From the NCBI GenBank assembly GCA_963819655.1, contig CAWFXA010000002.1:288001-352000 (forward strand): a stretch of DNA of 64,000 bases, given 5' to 3'. Source of the stretch: an uncultured Chloroflexia bacterium (GTDB lineage Bacteria > Chloroflexota > Limnocylindria > Limnocylindrales > CSP1-4). Positions within the stretch are counted from its first letter, which is position 1, and the number at the start of each line of letters is the position of its first letter. A program made the translations under genes and the position numbers. Shown piece after piece: positions 12,108 through 22,925 of the stretch. A model generated the notes under the pieces. That model was not told the origin of the DNA, did not search any database, and saw only the letters and a program-made list of their open reading frames with translations.

Positions 12108-13207
12108 TCAGGCCTGACCCGCCACGACCGCGCGGAAGATGTCGACGTGCCGCTGCACGCAAGCAGCCCACGTGAACGCCTTCGCGCGCTCGATGCCGCG
12201 GTGCCCGAGCGCCTCGCGGTCATCCAGCGTCGCCACGATGCCCGCCGCGATGGCGTCGGGGTCGGTGGCGTCGAAGAGCACGGCCGCGTCGCCGACGATC
12301 TCGGGGAGCGACCCCGCGTCGGAGGCGGCGACCGGGCAGGCGGACGCCATGGCCTCCAACGGAGGCAGGCCGAAGCCTTCGTAGAGGCTCGGGAATGCGA
12401 GCACCGCGGCGCGCTGGTAGAGCGAGATCAGCTCGCTACGTGACACCAGTCCGCGGACGTCGACCCAGTCGGGCAGGTCGGTGAGGCCCTCGAGCGCGGC
12501 ACCGGTCAGGACGAGGCGCATGCCGGGGTGCGTGCGGCGTACCGCCTCCATGGCCTGGACCAGGCGCCGGTGGTTCTTGTGCGGCCAGCCGCGCGCGGGG
12601 TAGAGCACGAAGTCCTCGCGCTCGCCGTGCTGCGGGACGAAGGACGACGTGTCGACGCCCAGGTGCGCCACGTGGACGCGGTCCGGGTCGACGCCGAGGT
12701 GGTGGACGATCCGCTGGCGCGAGAACTCGCTGATCGTGATCACGGTCCGGGCGCGACGGGTCGGGGCGTCGTAGCGGACGCGCCGGTAGAGGCGCTCGGC
12801 GGGCGAGAAGTTCTTCGGCTGGTCGAGGTGCTGCACGTCGTGCAGCTCGACGACGTGGGGCACACCCCGCGGCGGACGCGGTGACGGGACAGTGAGCGGG
12901 TAGTAGACGAGGTCGGATCCCGCAGCAGGCCGCGGGCGGTGGCCGACAGCTCGGCGCAGAGCTGCGACACGAGGCGGTCGAGGTTGGACGGGCCGCCCGG
13001 GACGTCCCCGACCACGCGGAAGGGTGCGATCTCGGTGAGACCCGCGGCGGCGCGAGGCACCCCCACCGTCAGGTCGACGAGGGGGTGCTCGTGCAGCCCC
13101 CGCGCCACCTCGGTGACGAACGTCTGGGTGCCGCCCATGCCTCCCGGCACCAGCGTCATGAGGGGGATGGTGACGGTCAGCGGGGTCGCAGGTGTGCGGT
13201 CGTCCAT
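12108..13207 (-). CDS. Glycosyltransferase family 4, frameshifted
   Basis: PGGMGGTQT, LHDVQH, YPARGWPHKNH and FPSLYEGFGLPPLEAMAS motifs. Confidence 0.88.
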
Positions 13208-13467
13208 GGCGGCACCATCCTGACGGGTCGGGTCGGGTCGGCGCCCGATCGGCACCCCTCACGCCTCGCCCTGGCCCGCCACCGGGCCTGTTGCCGGCAA
13301 CATCGCCGACCTGCAACGGGACGGTTGGTCGACGGTCAACCCGACGCTTCAGCAGTTCCGGGTGGAGGCCGACCCGACGGGCTCGTCGGCCAAGCCGGCA
13401 ACGAGATCATCCAGCAGATCCTCGATCTCGTGGAAGCCGCGCGAGCCACGTCCTGAGTGGGATCGAG

Positions 13468-15054
13468 CTAGAGCAGCTCCCCGTGCGCCGACGCCGGTCG
13501 GCTCGCCCTCGCGGGGGCGGGGCTCCTCGCCGGGACCGTAGACCGTCGCAGCCTCCGCCGAGGGCGGCTCATCACCGTTGCCCGACTCGAGCACCTTGCA
13601 GCGGCGCGCCCGGCCTGGCCCTCGATCGCGCCGACGCCGAACGGCACCCACTTCGACGGGTCCTGGAGCCGATGCGCCTCGGTGTTGCCGCGCGTGTGGA
13701 CCTCCTCGAAGCCCTTCGGCTCGATCCACATCCGCTCGCCCTCGAGCAGGCCGAGCACGCCGGACTGGCCGGGCTCGGGCCGCTCGTGCTGGCAGTACCG
13801 GCATGCCGCCGTGTCGTGCTTCTGGTACGTCTCGGGCTCCTCGTAGGTCGTGATGTAGCCCTCGTAGTTGCGCAGCACGACCTTGTGGTCCGAGTACGAG
13901 ATCAGGTAGTTCGGCATGACCGGGATCTTGCCGCCGCCGCCGGGCGCGTCGATGACGTAGGTCGGGACCGCGTACCCGGACGTGTGTCCGCGCAGGCCCT
14001 CCATGATCTCGAGGCCCTTCCCGACCGGCGTCCGGAAGTGCCCGGAGCCCTCGACCAGGTCGCACTGGTACAGGTAGTACGGCCGGATCCGGTTCGCCAC
14101 GAGCTGGTGGACGAGCGCCCGCTGGATGTGGACGCAGTCGTTGACGCCGGCGAGCAGCACGCTCTGGTTGCCGACCGGCAGCCCGGCCTTCGTGAGCTTG
14201 TCGGTCGCGCGCGAGACCTCGGGCGTGATCTCGTTCGGGTGGTTGAAGTGGAGGTTGATCCACAGCGGGTGGTACTTCTCGAGCATCTCGCACAGCTCGT
14301 CGTCGATCCGCTGCGGCAGGAAGACCGGCACCCGCGACCCGATCCGGATGATCTCGATGTGCGGGATCTCGCGCAGCCCGCGCAGGATCGACTCGAACAG
14401 CTTCGGCGCGAGCGTCAGGCCGTCGCCGCCGGAGATCAGGACGTCGCGGACCTGCGGCGTCCGGCGCAGGTAGTCGAGCTGGGCCTCGTGGTCCTTGCGG
14501 TTGAAGTTCTGGGTCGGGTCACCGACGATCCGCGACCGCGTGCAGTACCGGCAGTACGACGCGCACTGGGTCGTGACCAGCATCAGGACGCGGTCGGGAT
14601 AGCGGTGGACGAGACCCGGCACCGGCGAGTGGCGGTCCTCGGCGAGCGAGTCCTCCATCATCGCGGTGAAGGCCTCGTGCTCGCGGCCGGTCGGGATGAC
14701 CTGGCGGCGGATCGGGTCGTCGGGGTCCTTCGGGTCGATCAGGCTGATGAAGTACGGCGTGATGTCGACGCGGAACTTGTCGGTCGCCGACAGGCCTTCG
14801 CGCTCCTCGTCGGTCAGCTCGAGGATCTGCTCGATCTCGGCGAGCTCGTTGACCCGGTTCGACAGCTGCCAGCGCCAGTCGTTCCACTTCTCGTCGGGGA
14901 CGTCCTCGTAGATCGGGGCGCGACGGCTGACGGCCGGTCGACCGTCCGGACCGAGCGCTCGAGCCGGGTCGGTCAGGTTGACGAACGGCGCCTCGGCGGC
15001 GACGCGCGCGGCATCCTGGTGCGCGACGGCGGACTTGATCTCGTGAGCGTCCAA
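13468..15054 (-). CDS. kamA: Lysine 2,3-aminomutase (KamA-family radical SAM/PLP enzyme); C-terminus frameshifted
   Basis: WNDWRWQ, HRYPDRVL, CASYCRYC (CxxxCxxC), NQSVLLAGVND, RPYYLYQCD and IDAPGGGGKIP motifs. Confidence 0.9.
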   Translation of the reverse strand: MDAHEIKSAVAHQDAARVAAEAPFVNLTDPARALGPDGRPAVSRRAPIYEDVPDEKWNDWRWQLSNRVNELAEIEQILELTDEEREGLSATDKFRVDITPYFISLIDPKDPDDPIRRQVIPTGREHEAFTAMMEDSLAEDRHSPVPGLVHRYPDRVLMLVTTQCASYCRYCTRSRIVGDPTQNFNRKDHEAQLDYLRRTPQVRDVLISGGDGLTLAPKLFESILRGLREIPHIEIIRIGSRVPVFLPQRIDDELCEMLEKYHPLWINLHFNHPNEITPEVSRATDKLTKAGLPVGNQSVLLAGVNDCVHIQRALVHQLVANRIRPYYLYQCDLVEGSGHFRTPVGKGLEIMEGLRGHTSGYAVPTYVIDAPGGGGKIPVMPNYLISYSDHKVVLRNYEGYITTYEEPETYQKHDTAACRYCQHERPEPGQSGVLGLLEGERMWIEPKGFEEVHTRGNTEAHRLQDPSKWVPFGVGAIEGQAGRAAARCSSRATVMSRPRRRLRRSTVPARSPAPARASRPASAHGELL

Positions 15055-15129
15055 GCGGGCTGGCCTCCGGGCTGCAACGCATAAAGTCTATGCACTCTGC
15101 AAGTCGCCGGATGATAGCGCCGGGGTATC

Positions 15130-15807
15130 GGGCCGGTCCAGCGCCCGAGGTGGCAGGAAGGGGCGTGCAGCATCGGAAAGCCCGGGGTAGGTGAGCAGCC
15201 CGATGACCACATCTCGGTCGAATCGACCACGAGGAGGCGTGTCGCAGGTCGCGTCAGCAGCACGAGGTGAGAGCAGCCGATGTTCCGGTGCAAGACGAAG
15301 ATCGGCCGCCGGAAGCCGAGCCGGATCGGTTGATCGGTCCTGATGATCCGTCGCAGCTCATCCCGATGCCTCGCCAGGGGCTCGGGCAGGTCGATAGTGC
15401 TATCGCGCCAGGTGGCGATGGTCTTGGCATCGACCCACGCGTTGATGTCGCAGCCATCGACACCCCACTCGAGTGTCCGACGGCTGTTGTTCTCGATCGT
15501 CACAAGGGCCTCGCCGCCGTAACGGGCGTCGAGCGGGTTTAGGTCGACCGAAAGGGTCAACCTGACGCCTCCGAACTCCGTGGACGCGGATCTAGGCAGG
15601 GACCGGGGTTCCGGACCGTCCGAGGGAGGCGGCGCCGGGGGCAACGGCGCGACCGTTGCCATCGCGACAGCCGGTTCGGGACTCGCAGTCGGCGTCGCCG
15701 CGAGTGGCGTGGTCGACGGCGTCGGGCGCGGGCGACGGAGCCGGCCCAGCGCAACCGACGAGGATCAGGGCCAGCGCAAGCACCACTGGACGGGTGGGTT
15801 TCATCAC
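15130..15807 (-). pseudogene. Degenerate paralog of the adjacent lipoprotein, with frameshift and internal deletion
   Basis: LVGC lipobox; segments align with 15815..16828 (EFGGVRLT/EFGGARLT, TWRDS, LLTRP). Confidence 0.6.
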
Positions 15808-15814
15808 AGCGCCC

Positions 15815-16819
15815 TCAGAAACCGACGCTGTGCTCTCTCACGGTGACGATCTCGCGCGTGATCGGATCGATGAACGCCGCGTGGAGCGTGTTCACCAGGT
15901 CACCGTCGAAGACGCTCCCGACGGCCCACAGTCCGAGCTGACGGTCGAACTCCACGATCGGCTGCTGCGTGCGGTCGAGCGGGCGCGTCAGGAGCCAGGA
16001 GCTGAGGCGCGCATCCGCCAAGGCGACGTCGATGGCCTCGAACGGCGACAGGAACTCCTCCGGCCGGCCACCGACGACGAACGAGTCGAGGGACACCTCG
16101 AGCGGCCGTAGGTCGTCTCCGTCGAGCAGCTTCCAGCGCTCGAGACGGGCGGTCAGGACCACAGGTCCATTGGGCGCCGGCCCGAGGCGCTTGGCGGCGC
16201 TGCCGTCCCAGATGAACTCCCGGGTCACGCTGTCGCCCGGCTCGAGACGATGACGAGTCGCGAACTTCGCGCACCCCGTGCCGCGATGCAGGAGCGAATA
16301 CGGCCGGTGGAGATCGAGCTCGATGGGCTCGTCGACCGGGATGTCCCGGCGAAGCCAGTCGCGATACGTCGCCAGCCCGGACGGTACGTCAAGGACGCTG
16401 TCCCGCCAGGTCGACATCGTCGTGCCGGAGACCGCCGCGTTGCCCCCGCAGCCGTCGGCCCACCACTCGAGCCTCCGCTGGCTCCGATTGTCGATCGTGA
16501 CGGTGAGGATCGATCCGAAGACCGCATCGATCGGGTTGTGTCCGACGGCGATCGTGAGCCGTGCGCCACCGAACTCTGCGGAGGCGGTCTCGGGCACCTG
16601 CCCTTGGTACGGGGCGCCGCTCGGGTATGGCGTTGGCGTGTTCGGTGGGACGGTCGCGACCGCCGGTACCGGAGACGTCGTTGCTGTCGGCGTGGGTTGC
16701 GGTCCAGGAACGGACGGGACCGTGGCCATCGTCGGGTCCGGCGAGGCGGTCGGTGTCGGACCGGCACAGGCTGCGACGACCAACAGCCAGGCTGCCAGGA
16801 CGGAACGAGTGGATGCCAT
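15815..16819 (-). CDS. Hypothetical lipoprotein with Pro/Thr-rich linker
   Basis: Signal peptide with VAAC lipobox, PT-rich linker and a globular domain. Confidence 0.75.
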   Translation of the reverse strand: MASTRSVLAAWLLVVAACAGPTPTASPDPTMATVPSVPGPQPTPTATTSPVPAVATVPPNTPTPYPSGAPYQGQVPETASAEFGGARLTIAVGHNPIDAVFGSILTVTIDNRSQRRLEWWADGCGGNAAVSGTTMSTWRDSVLDVPSGLATYRDWLRRDIPVDEPIELDLHRPYSLLHRGTGCAKFATRHRLEPGDSVTREFIWDGSAAKRLGPAPNGPVVLTARLERWKLLDGDDLRPLEVSLDSFVVGGRPEEFLSPFEAIDVALADARLSSWLLTRPLDRTQQPIVEFDRQLGLWAVGSVFDGDLVNTLHAAFIDPITREIVTVREHSVGF

Positions 16820-16882
16820 GGTCACCACCTCCGGTCCCCGGTAGACGCGCCGTCCGCGTACGCGGGTGACGGCGCTGAGCAG

Positions 16883-18900
16883 TCAGTCCCGTAGCGCGCC
16901 CAGCAGGTCGCTGTACCGATCCGTCCACGCGCGCCGACCGTCGGCGTGCGCCGTCCGCCATCGATCGCCCTCGACGAGGCCCGCCACGTCGGCGAACGAG
17001 CGACCGACCACGACCCACTGCGAGGCGTCGGCGAGCTCGGAGAGCTCGGGCGGCGGCAGGTCGCTGCCGATGATCGCGACGAACCCGAGGTCGCGCGCCG
17101 CTGCGGCGACGACCGGCTCGAGATCGATGAAGCGGTTCGAGATGTGGACAGCGATGACCCCGCGGGGCGCGAGCGTGCGCATCGACGTCGCGAACGACTC
17201 GACGGTCAGCAGGTGGACCGGCACGGTGTCCGACGAGAACGCGTCGAGCACGAGCAGGTCGAACGAACCCGGCGCCACGGTCTCGAGGTCGAGCCGGCCG
17301 TCGCCGACCACGACGTCGATCGTCGCCGGCGAGTCCGCGAGGAACGTGAAGCTCGCCGGGTCACGGGCGATCTCGACCACCGTCGGGTCGATCTCCGCGA
17401 ATCGATAGGTGTCCGCCGGCCGGCCGTACGCGGCGATCGCGCCAGCCCCGAGCCCGACCGCGCCGAACCGCATCGCCGGAAGCTCCGCCTGCATCGATTC
17501 GATGACTTCGCCGAGCGGCCCGGCCCGGTGGTAGTAGCTGAGCGGCTCGCCGGCCAGCGGCCCGTCGAAGGTCTCCCGCCCGTGGATCGTCGTGCCCGAG
17601 ACGAGGACATGGAGGCCGGGCCTCGGCTCGTCGACCCGATAGACGCCATAGAAGCTGCGGTCAGCCCGGATCGTGTCGGGCGAGCCGATCAGGCTCCACG
17701 CCACCGCGACGAGAACCGCGACCAATGGCGGGATGCTGGCGAGCCGGAGCCAGCCGGCGCCGGCGCTCATCACGACCGCCAGAGCGATGACGAGCAATCC
17801 CTCGACCGGGACGCGGAAAACGAGCGGCGCGACGATCCCCGTCAGGACGCCACCGAGCGCGCCACCCAGGGCGACATGCAGCGAGTACGACGTCAGGTAG
17901 ACCGGCGACGGTCGGTCGGCGGCGAGTCGGCCGTGGAGCGCGAGTCCAGCCGCCGCCAGCGTCGCGAGCAGGAGACCGATCGACTGCCACAGCGAGAGAT
18001 CGATGGCTCCGATCGCCCGCAGCGCGACCGCGAGAGCGAGGACCGGGAGCACGACCGACCCGAGTCGTCGGCCGATCGGGGTCGGGGCGCAGGTAGGCGA
18101 GGATCAGCGTCGCAAGGTAGATCGTCAGCGGGACGACCCACAGGAACGGGACGGCGGCGATGTCGGTCGAGATGTTCGTCGTGACGCCGATGAGCAACGC
18201 CGCCGGCACGGCCGCGAGGAGGATCCACATCGCCCGGCGGCGGGCGAGCGGCCGGGGTTCCGTCGTAGCGACGACGTCCCGCGACAGGTGGCCGGATCGC
18301 CGGACGATCAGCGCCAGAGCCACCGTCCCAGCCGCGAAGATCGCGAAACCGATCGACCACCACCGAGCCTGGTCGGGCAGGTCGAGGTTCGGCTCGACCA
18401 GGGTCGGGTACGCGATGAGGCCGATCAGGCTGCCCGCATTCGAGGCCGCGAACAGCCGGTATGGCTCGCTCGCCCCGGGGACCGCCGCGAACCAGCGCTG
18501 CGTCGTCGGGCTCGCGGTCGCCAGGACGAAGAACGGCAACCCGACGATGGCGGCCAGGACCAGCGCCAGCCACAGCCCGGTCGCAACACCGTCGGGCGGG
18601 CGCGCGAACGCCGGGACCGCAAGGGGTGCGGTCAGCAGCACCCCGGTCGCGGCAACGACCAGACCGATCTGGAGCCAGGCGTGACGCCGCAACCCAAGCG
18701 AGCTGAGGGTGAGATGGGTCCACGCGTACCCGGCCAGCAGCGTCGTCTGGAAGAACACGATGGCCGTGGTCCACACCGCGCTGCTGCCACCGTACGTCGG
18801 CAACAGGGACTTGGCGACGAGCGGTTCGACGAGGAAGGCGAGGGCGGCCGCCACGAACGCGACGAGGACGAAGAGCGCGGTCTCCGCCCGGGAGACAGGC
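16883..18900 (-). CDS. Fused MFS-like membrane domain / spermidine-synthase-like methyltransferase, frameshifted
   Basis: LLPTYGGSSAVW, PYRLFAASNAGS, GTTIHG, VGLGAG, EIDP, GDGR, LDAFSSD and WTDRYS motifs; start codon uncertain. Confidence 0.85.
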
Positions 18901-18904
18901 GGGA

Positions 18905-19225
18905 TTACTCCCCGATCACCGACCAGAGCAGCCCCATCATGATGAAGAAGCCGCTGAACAGGGCGATGAGCCCGATGCCGCCATACGGCGTGCTCGCACC
19001 GACGTGGGGCACGAGCTGCAACCCGATGCCGAACCCCACTGCCCACACGATGAACAGCAGTGTGAACAGGAACTTCGCGTTCGGGTTGGTGACCCGCCGA
19101 ACCCAGCGCGAGCCGCCCTCGCTCGACAGTGCCGCCTTCAGCACGATCACGAGCATCAGCGTGACCACGGCGATGCTGATCCCGAACGGGATGGGCTGCT
19201 GGAAGGCCACGAGGAACAGCTGCAT
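18905..19225 (-). CDS. Small membrane protein (3 TM)
   Basis: Hydrophobic ORF directly upstream of the spermidine-synthase-like gene. Confidence 0.65.
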   Translation of the reverse strand: MQLFLVAFQQPIPFGISIAVVTLMLVIVLKAALSSEGGSRWVRRVTNPNAKFLFTLLFIVWAVGFGIGLQLVPHVGASTPYGGIGLIALFSGFFIMMGLLWSVIGE

Positions 19226-19272
19226 CTCGCCAGCGATGCTAGCAGATGGGGTCTCCCATACGATGACCCCGC

Positions 19273-21552
19273 ATGTCTCCCTTCGATCGACTCGGCCGCT
19301 TCGTCGTGCGCCGCGCACGGCTGGTCGTCGCGGCGTGGGCGGTGCTGATCGCGATCGCGCTGCCCTTCGCGCCGCAGGTCCCCGACGCACTGAGCGCCGG
19401 CGGCTTCATCCGGGATGACCTGGAGTCCGCGCGCGCGAAGACGCTGCTGGAGCAGGAGCTCGACGTGCCGCCGTCGGCGCTGGTCGTCGCGTTCCACAGC
19501 GATGAGCTCACGGCCGGGAGTCCCGCCTTCGAGACGGCCGCGGCGGCGGCGATGCGCGACATCCCGACGGCGCCCCACGTCGTTCGCGTCATCTCGCATC
19601 TCCTGCAGCCGCGCCAGGTCTCGGCGGATGGCCACACCGCGTACGACATCGTCCTGCTCGACCTGCCGGCCGACGACTCGCCCGATGCCCTCCCGATCCT
19701 CCGCGAACGCCTGCACGAAGCGCCCGGCCTGACCGTCGAGCTGGCGGGCGGGCCGGCGTTCTACGGCGACGTCCAGGAGGTGAGCGAGCGAGACCTCCAG
19801 CGGAGCGAGGTCATCTCGCTGCCGCTCGCGGCGCTCGCCCTGCTGCTGGTCTTCGGCTCGCTGGTCGCGGCCGGGGTCCCACTCGTGGTCGGCGGATCGA
19901 GTGTGCTCGTCGCGCTCGCGGCGATCTTCGTCGTCGCCTCGTTCACACCGATGAGCATCTTCGTCCTCAACCTCGCGACGCTGCTCGGGCTCGGTCTGGG
20001 CGTCGACTACTCGCTCCTTCTCACGAGTCGCTTCCGCGAGGAGCTGGCCAAACGGCCGGCCGACGATCCGACGCGCGTCCAGGAGGCCGTCCGGATCACC
20101 GTGGCCACCGCCGGCCGCGCCGTGTTCTTCAGCGGCCTGACCGTGTTGCTCGGCCTGCTCGGTCTCGTCCTGTTCGAGTTCATGATCCTGCGGTCGGTGG
20201 GGATCGCCGGAGCCATCGTCGTCGGCTTTGCCGTGCTCGCGGCGCTGACGCTGCTCCCTGCCCTGCTCGCGCTGTTCGGCCAGCACCTCGACCGGCTGGC
20301 GGTCCGCCGCGTGGAGCCGCGACCGGCCGCGGAGGGACCATGGGCCAGGCACGCCCGTCGCGTGATGCAGCGACCCCTGGTCTTTTTCATCCCGACCCTC
20401 GGGCTGCTGCTGCTTCTCGGGTCGCCATTCCTGCACGTCCGGTTCAACTCGCCCGACGCGAGCATCCTGCCCGCCGACGTCCCGTCGCGCGCGGCGTTCG
20501 ATCGTCTCCGCGATGCGTTCGGGGAAGGCGAATTCGCGCCGATCGCGATCGCGGTGAGGACGAACGGGAATGCCACCGACCCGGAGAATGTCGCGGCGCT
20601 GTTCGACTACAGCCGCCGCATCGCGGCCGACCCGCGCGTGACCCGGGTCGAGGGCCTCGTCGACATCGACCCGAGACTCACGCTCTCCCAGTACCAGCTG
20701 ATGTATGCGGACCCGAACGGTCCGCGCGACCGTTTCGTTGCGATCGCGCTGGGCGCGACGACCAAGGCCGACCTCACGGCGTTCACGATCACGACACCGT
20801 TCGGCCCGAACCGCGACGAGGGTCGGGCGCTCGTCCGTGACCTGCGCGCGGCCGCCGGGCCCCTTGCAGCACCCGACGGCACGACGGTCCTGGTCGGGGG
20901 TGGGGCGGCCGACGTGGCCGACGTCGTCGATGGCGTGGCCGCCGACTTCCCGCGCACCGCGGTCTTCATCATCGTGACGACCTACATCGTGCTGTTCGCC
21001 CTGCTCCGGTCGGTGATCCTGCCGGCCAAGGCGCTGATCCTGAACGCGCTGTCGCTGACCGCGAGCTTCGGCGCCCTCGTGTGGATCTTCCAGGACGGCA
21101 ACCTGTCGGCGCCGCTGGGGTTCCAGCCCGTCGGGTTCGTCGAGACGACACAGCCGGTGATCCTGTTCTGCGTGCTGTTCGGCCTGTCGATGGACTACGA
21201 GGTCTTCCTGCTGTCGCGCATGAAGGAGGTCTGGGACACGACCGGCGACAACACCGAGGCGGTCGCCCGCGGCCTCGAGCGGAGCGGGCGCATCGTCACC
21301 TCGGCGGCGTTGATCGTGGTGGTCGTGGCCGGCTCGTTCGCCTTCGCCGACATCGTGCTGATCAAGGCGCTCGGGCTCGGGGTCGCGATCGCGGTGGCGC
21401 TCGACGCGACCGTGGTCCGGGCGCTGCTCGTGCCGTCGACGATGAAGCTGCTCGGTCGTTGGAACTGGTGGATGCCTGCCTCGCTGGAGCGGTTCGTGGC
21501 CAACCGCCTGCCGGCATCCGAGGCCGAGACCGAGGCGGCGGCGGCCCGATGA
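19273..21552 (+). CDS. MMPL (RND superfamily) transporter
   Basis: GLGLGVDYSLLLTSRFREE, FGLSMDYEVFLLSRMKE and DATVVRALLVPS motifs. Confidence 0.95.
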   Translation: MSPFDRLGRFVVRRARLVVAAWAVLIAIALPFAPQVPDALSAGGFIRDDLESARAKTLLEQELDVPPSALVVAFHSDELTAGSPAFETAAAAAMRDIPTAPHVVRVISHLLQPRQVSADGHTAYDIVLLDLPADDSPDALPILRERLHEAPGLTVELAGGPAFYGDVQEVSERDLQRSEVISLPLAALALLLVFGSLVAAGVPLVVGGSSVLVALAAIFVVASFTPMSIFVLNLATLLGLGLGVDYSLLLTSRFREELAKRPADDPTRVQEAVRITVATAGRAVFFSGLTVLLGLLGLVLFEFMILRSVGIAGAIVVGFAVLAALTLLPALLALFGQHLDRLAVRRVEPRPAAEGPWARHARRVMQRPLVFFIPTLGLLLLLGSPFLHVRFNSPDASILPADVPSRAAFDRLRDAFGEGEFAPIAIAVRTNGNATDPENVAALFDYSRRIAADPRVTRVEGLVDIDPRLTLSQYQLMYADPNGPRDRFVAIALGATTKADLTAFTITTPFGPNRDEGRALVRDLRAAAGPLAAPDGTTVLVGGGAADVADVVDGVAADFPRTAVFIIVTTYIVLFALLRSVILPAKALILNALSLTASFGALVWIFQDGNLSAPLGFQPVGFVETTQPVILFCVLFGLSMDYEVFLLSRMKEVWDTTGDNTEAVARGLERSGRIVTSAALIVVVVAGSFAFADIVLIKALGLGVAIAVALDATVVRALLVPSTMKLLGRWNWWMPASLERFVANRLPASEAETEAAAAR

Positions 21553-21677
21553 AAGCGAGCTTCTGCCCGGTGTCGCCTCAGGGTCGACGCCAGGGGCTCC
21601 AGGGAAATCGAGGGTCACGCTCAGAGGGAGTGCGTCGCGTGACAGGCGACGAGATACCGGGCTACGGCCGCTTGGCG

Positions 21678-22922
21678 ATGATTCGAGCCCTCCGCGTCGC
21701 CTCACAGGCGACACGATCGGCCGCGATCTTCCTGGCGCTTGCCCTGATCGCTGGCTGCACCACGAGTGGCTCGCCGATCCTCGCCAACCCACCGGCGCCG
21801 CGTCCGTCGATCGCGCCACCGAGCGCCGCGCCGAGCCCACCCGCCGATCCGTTTCCGATCGCCCTGCCACGGGATGACGGCCCGCACGACCGCCTGACCG
21901 AGTGGTGGTACTACACCGGCCACCTCATCGGCAGCCCCGCGAACGTGGACGCAAGCTACTCCGCGAACCCGCCGAGTTTCGGCTTCGAGTTCGTGATCTT
22001 TCGCGCCGAGCGCGGCTCCTTCCCGACCACCTGGGCATCGCACCTGGCCATCACCGACGAGAACGGTGACGGCTTCTCCTACGCCCAGCGGACCCAGGTT
22101 GGCGATGTCGTCGACCGCTCACCGCGCGGAAGCGATGGCACGCCGAGCGGCTTCGACCTCGAGCTCACCGGTTCGGATCCCAACCGTCCTGAGACCGCGG
22201 CTCGTCCGCCGTGGCAGATGAGCGGACGCAACGGCTCCGATCGCCTCCGGGCGACACTCGCCCCGGACGAGGCGGCGGCGGCCGGCGTCCCAGCCCTGTC
22301 GTTGTCGCTGTCGCTGGCGAGCCGGAAGCCACCGGCGCTCCACGACCGCGACGGCTGGATCGACTTCGGACCCGCTGGCGGCTCGTACTACTACTCGCGG
22401 ACGTCGATGGAGGCCGAGGGGTCGCTGCTGCTGGGCGAAACGACGTATCGCGTGGTCGGCGACGCGTGGTTCGACCATCAGTGGGGCGACTTCATCAGCG
22501 TCGGCGGCGGCGGCTGGGACTGGTTCGCCGTCAACCTCGAGGACGGCACCGACGTGACGCTGTCGCTCGTGCGTGACACGGATGGGTCCTATCCCCTGGT
22601 CTACGGCACGATCGTGGACCCGGAGGGGGCGACGCGTCACCTCGAGCGCGATGCGTTCACGGTATCGGCGACCCGGCAGTGGACGAGCCCGACGACCGGG
22701 GCGACCTATCCCGCGGGCTGGTCGATCGCGATCCCTGGCGAGCGACTCGCGATCGACCTCGAGCCGACGGTCGCGGCGCAGGAGCTCGACACGCGCCCGT
22801 CGACGGGTGTCGTGTACTGGGAGGGGTCACAGATCGTCAGCGCGCGGCGTGGGCCCGCGGCGTTGACCGGCGAGGCGTATGTCGAGCTGACCGGCTACGG
22901 GCCGGCCGGCGTCGCGCCCTGA
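21678..22922 (+). CDS. Lipocalin-like / AttH (CrtC-like) secreted lipoprotein
   Basis: IAGC lipobox; EWWYYTG, SYYYSRT, WFDHQWG, GWDWF, YWEG and YVELTGY motifs. Confidence 0.88.
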   Translation: MIRALRVASQATRSAAIFLALALIAGCTTSGSPILANPPAPRPSIAPPSAAPSPPADPFPIALPRDDGPHDRLTEWWYYTGHLIGSPANVDASYSANPPSFGFEFVIFRAERGSFPTTWASHLAITDENGDGFSYAQRTQVGDVVDRSPRGSDGTPSGFDLELTGSDPNRPETAARPPWQMSGRNGSDRLRATLAPDEAAAAGVPALSLSLSLASRKPPALHDRDGWIDFGPAGGSYYYSRTSMEAEGSLLLGETTYRVVGDAWFDHQWGDFISVGGGGWDWFAVNLEDGTDVTLSLVRDTDGSYPLVYGTIVDPEGATRHLERDAFTVSATRQWTSPTTGATYPAGWSIAIPGERLAIDLEPTVAAQELDTRPSTGVVYWEGSQIVSARRGPAALTGEAYVELTGYGPAGVAP

Positions 22923-22925
22923 GAC

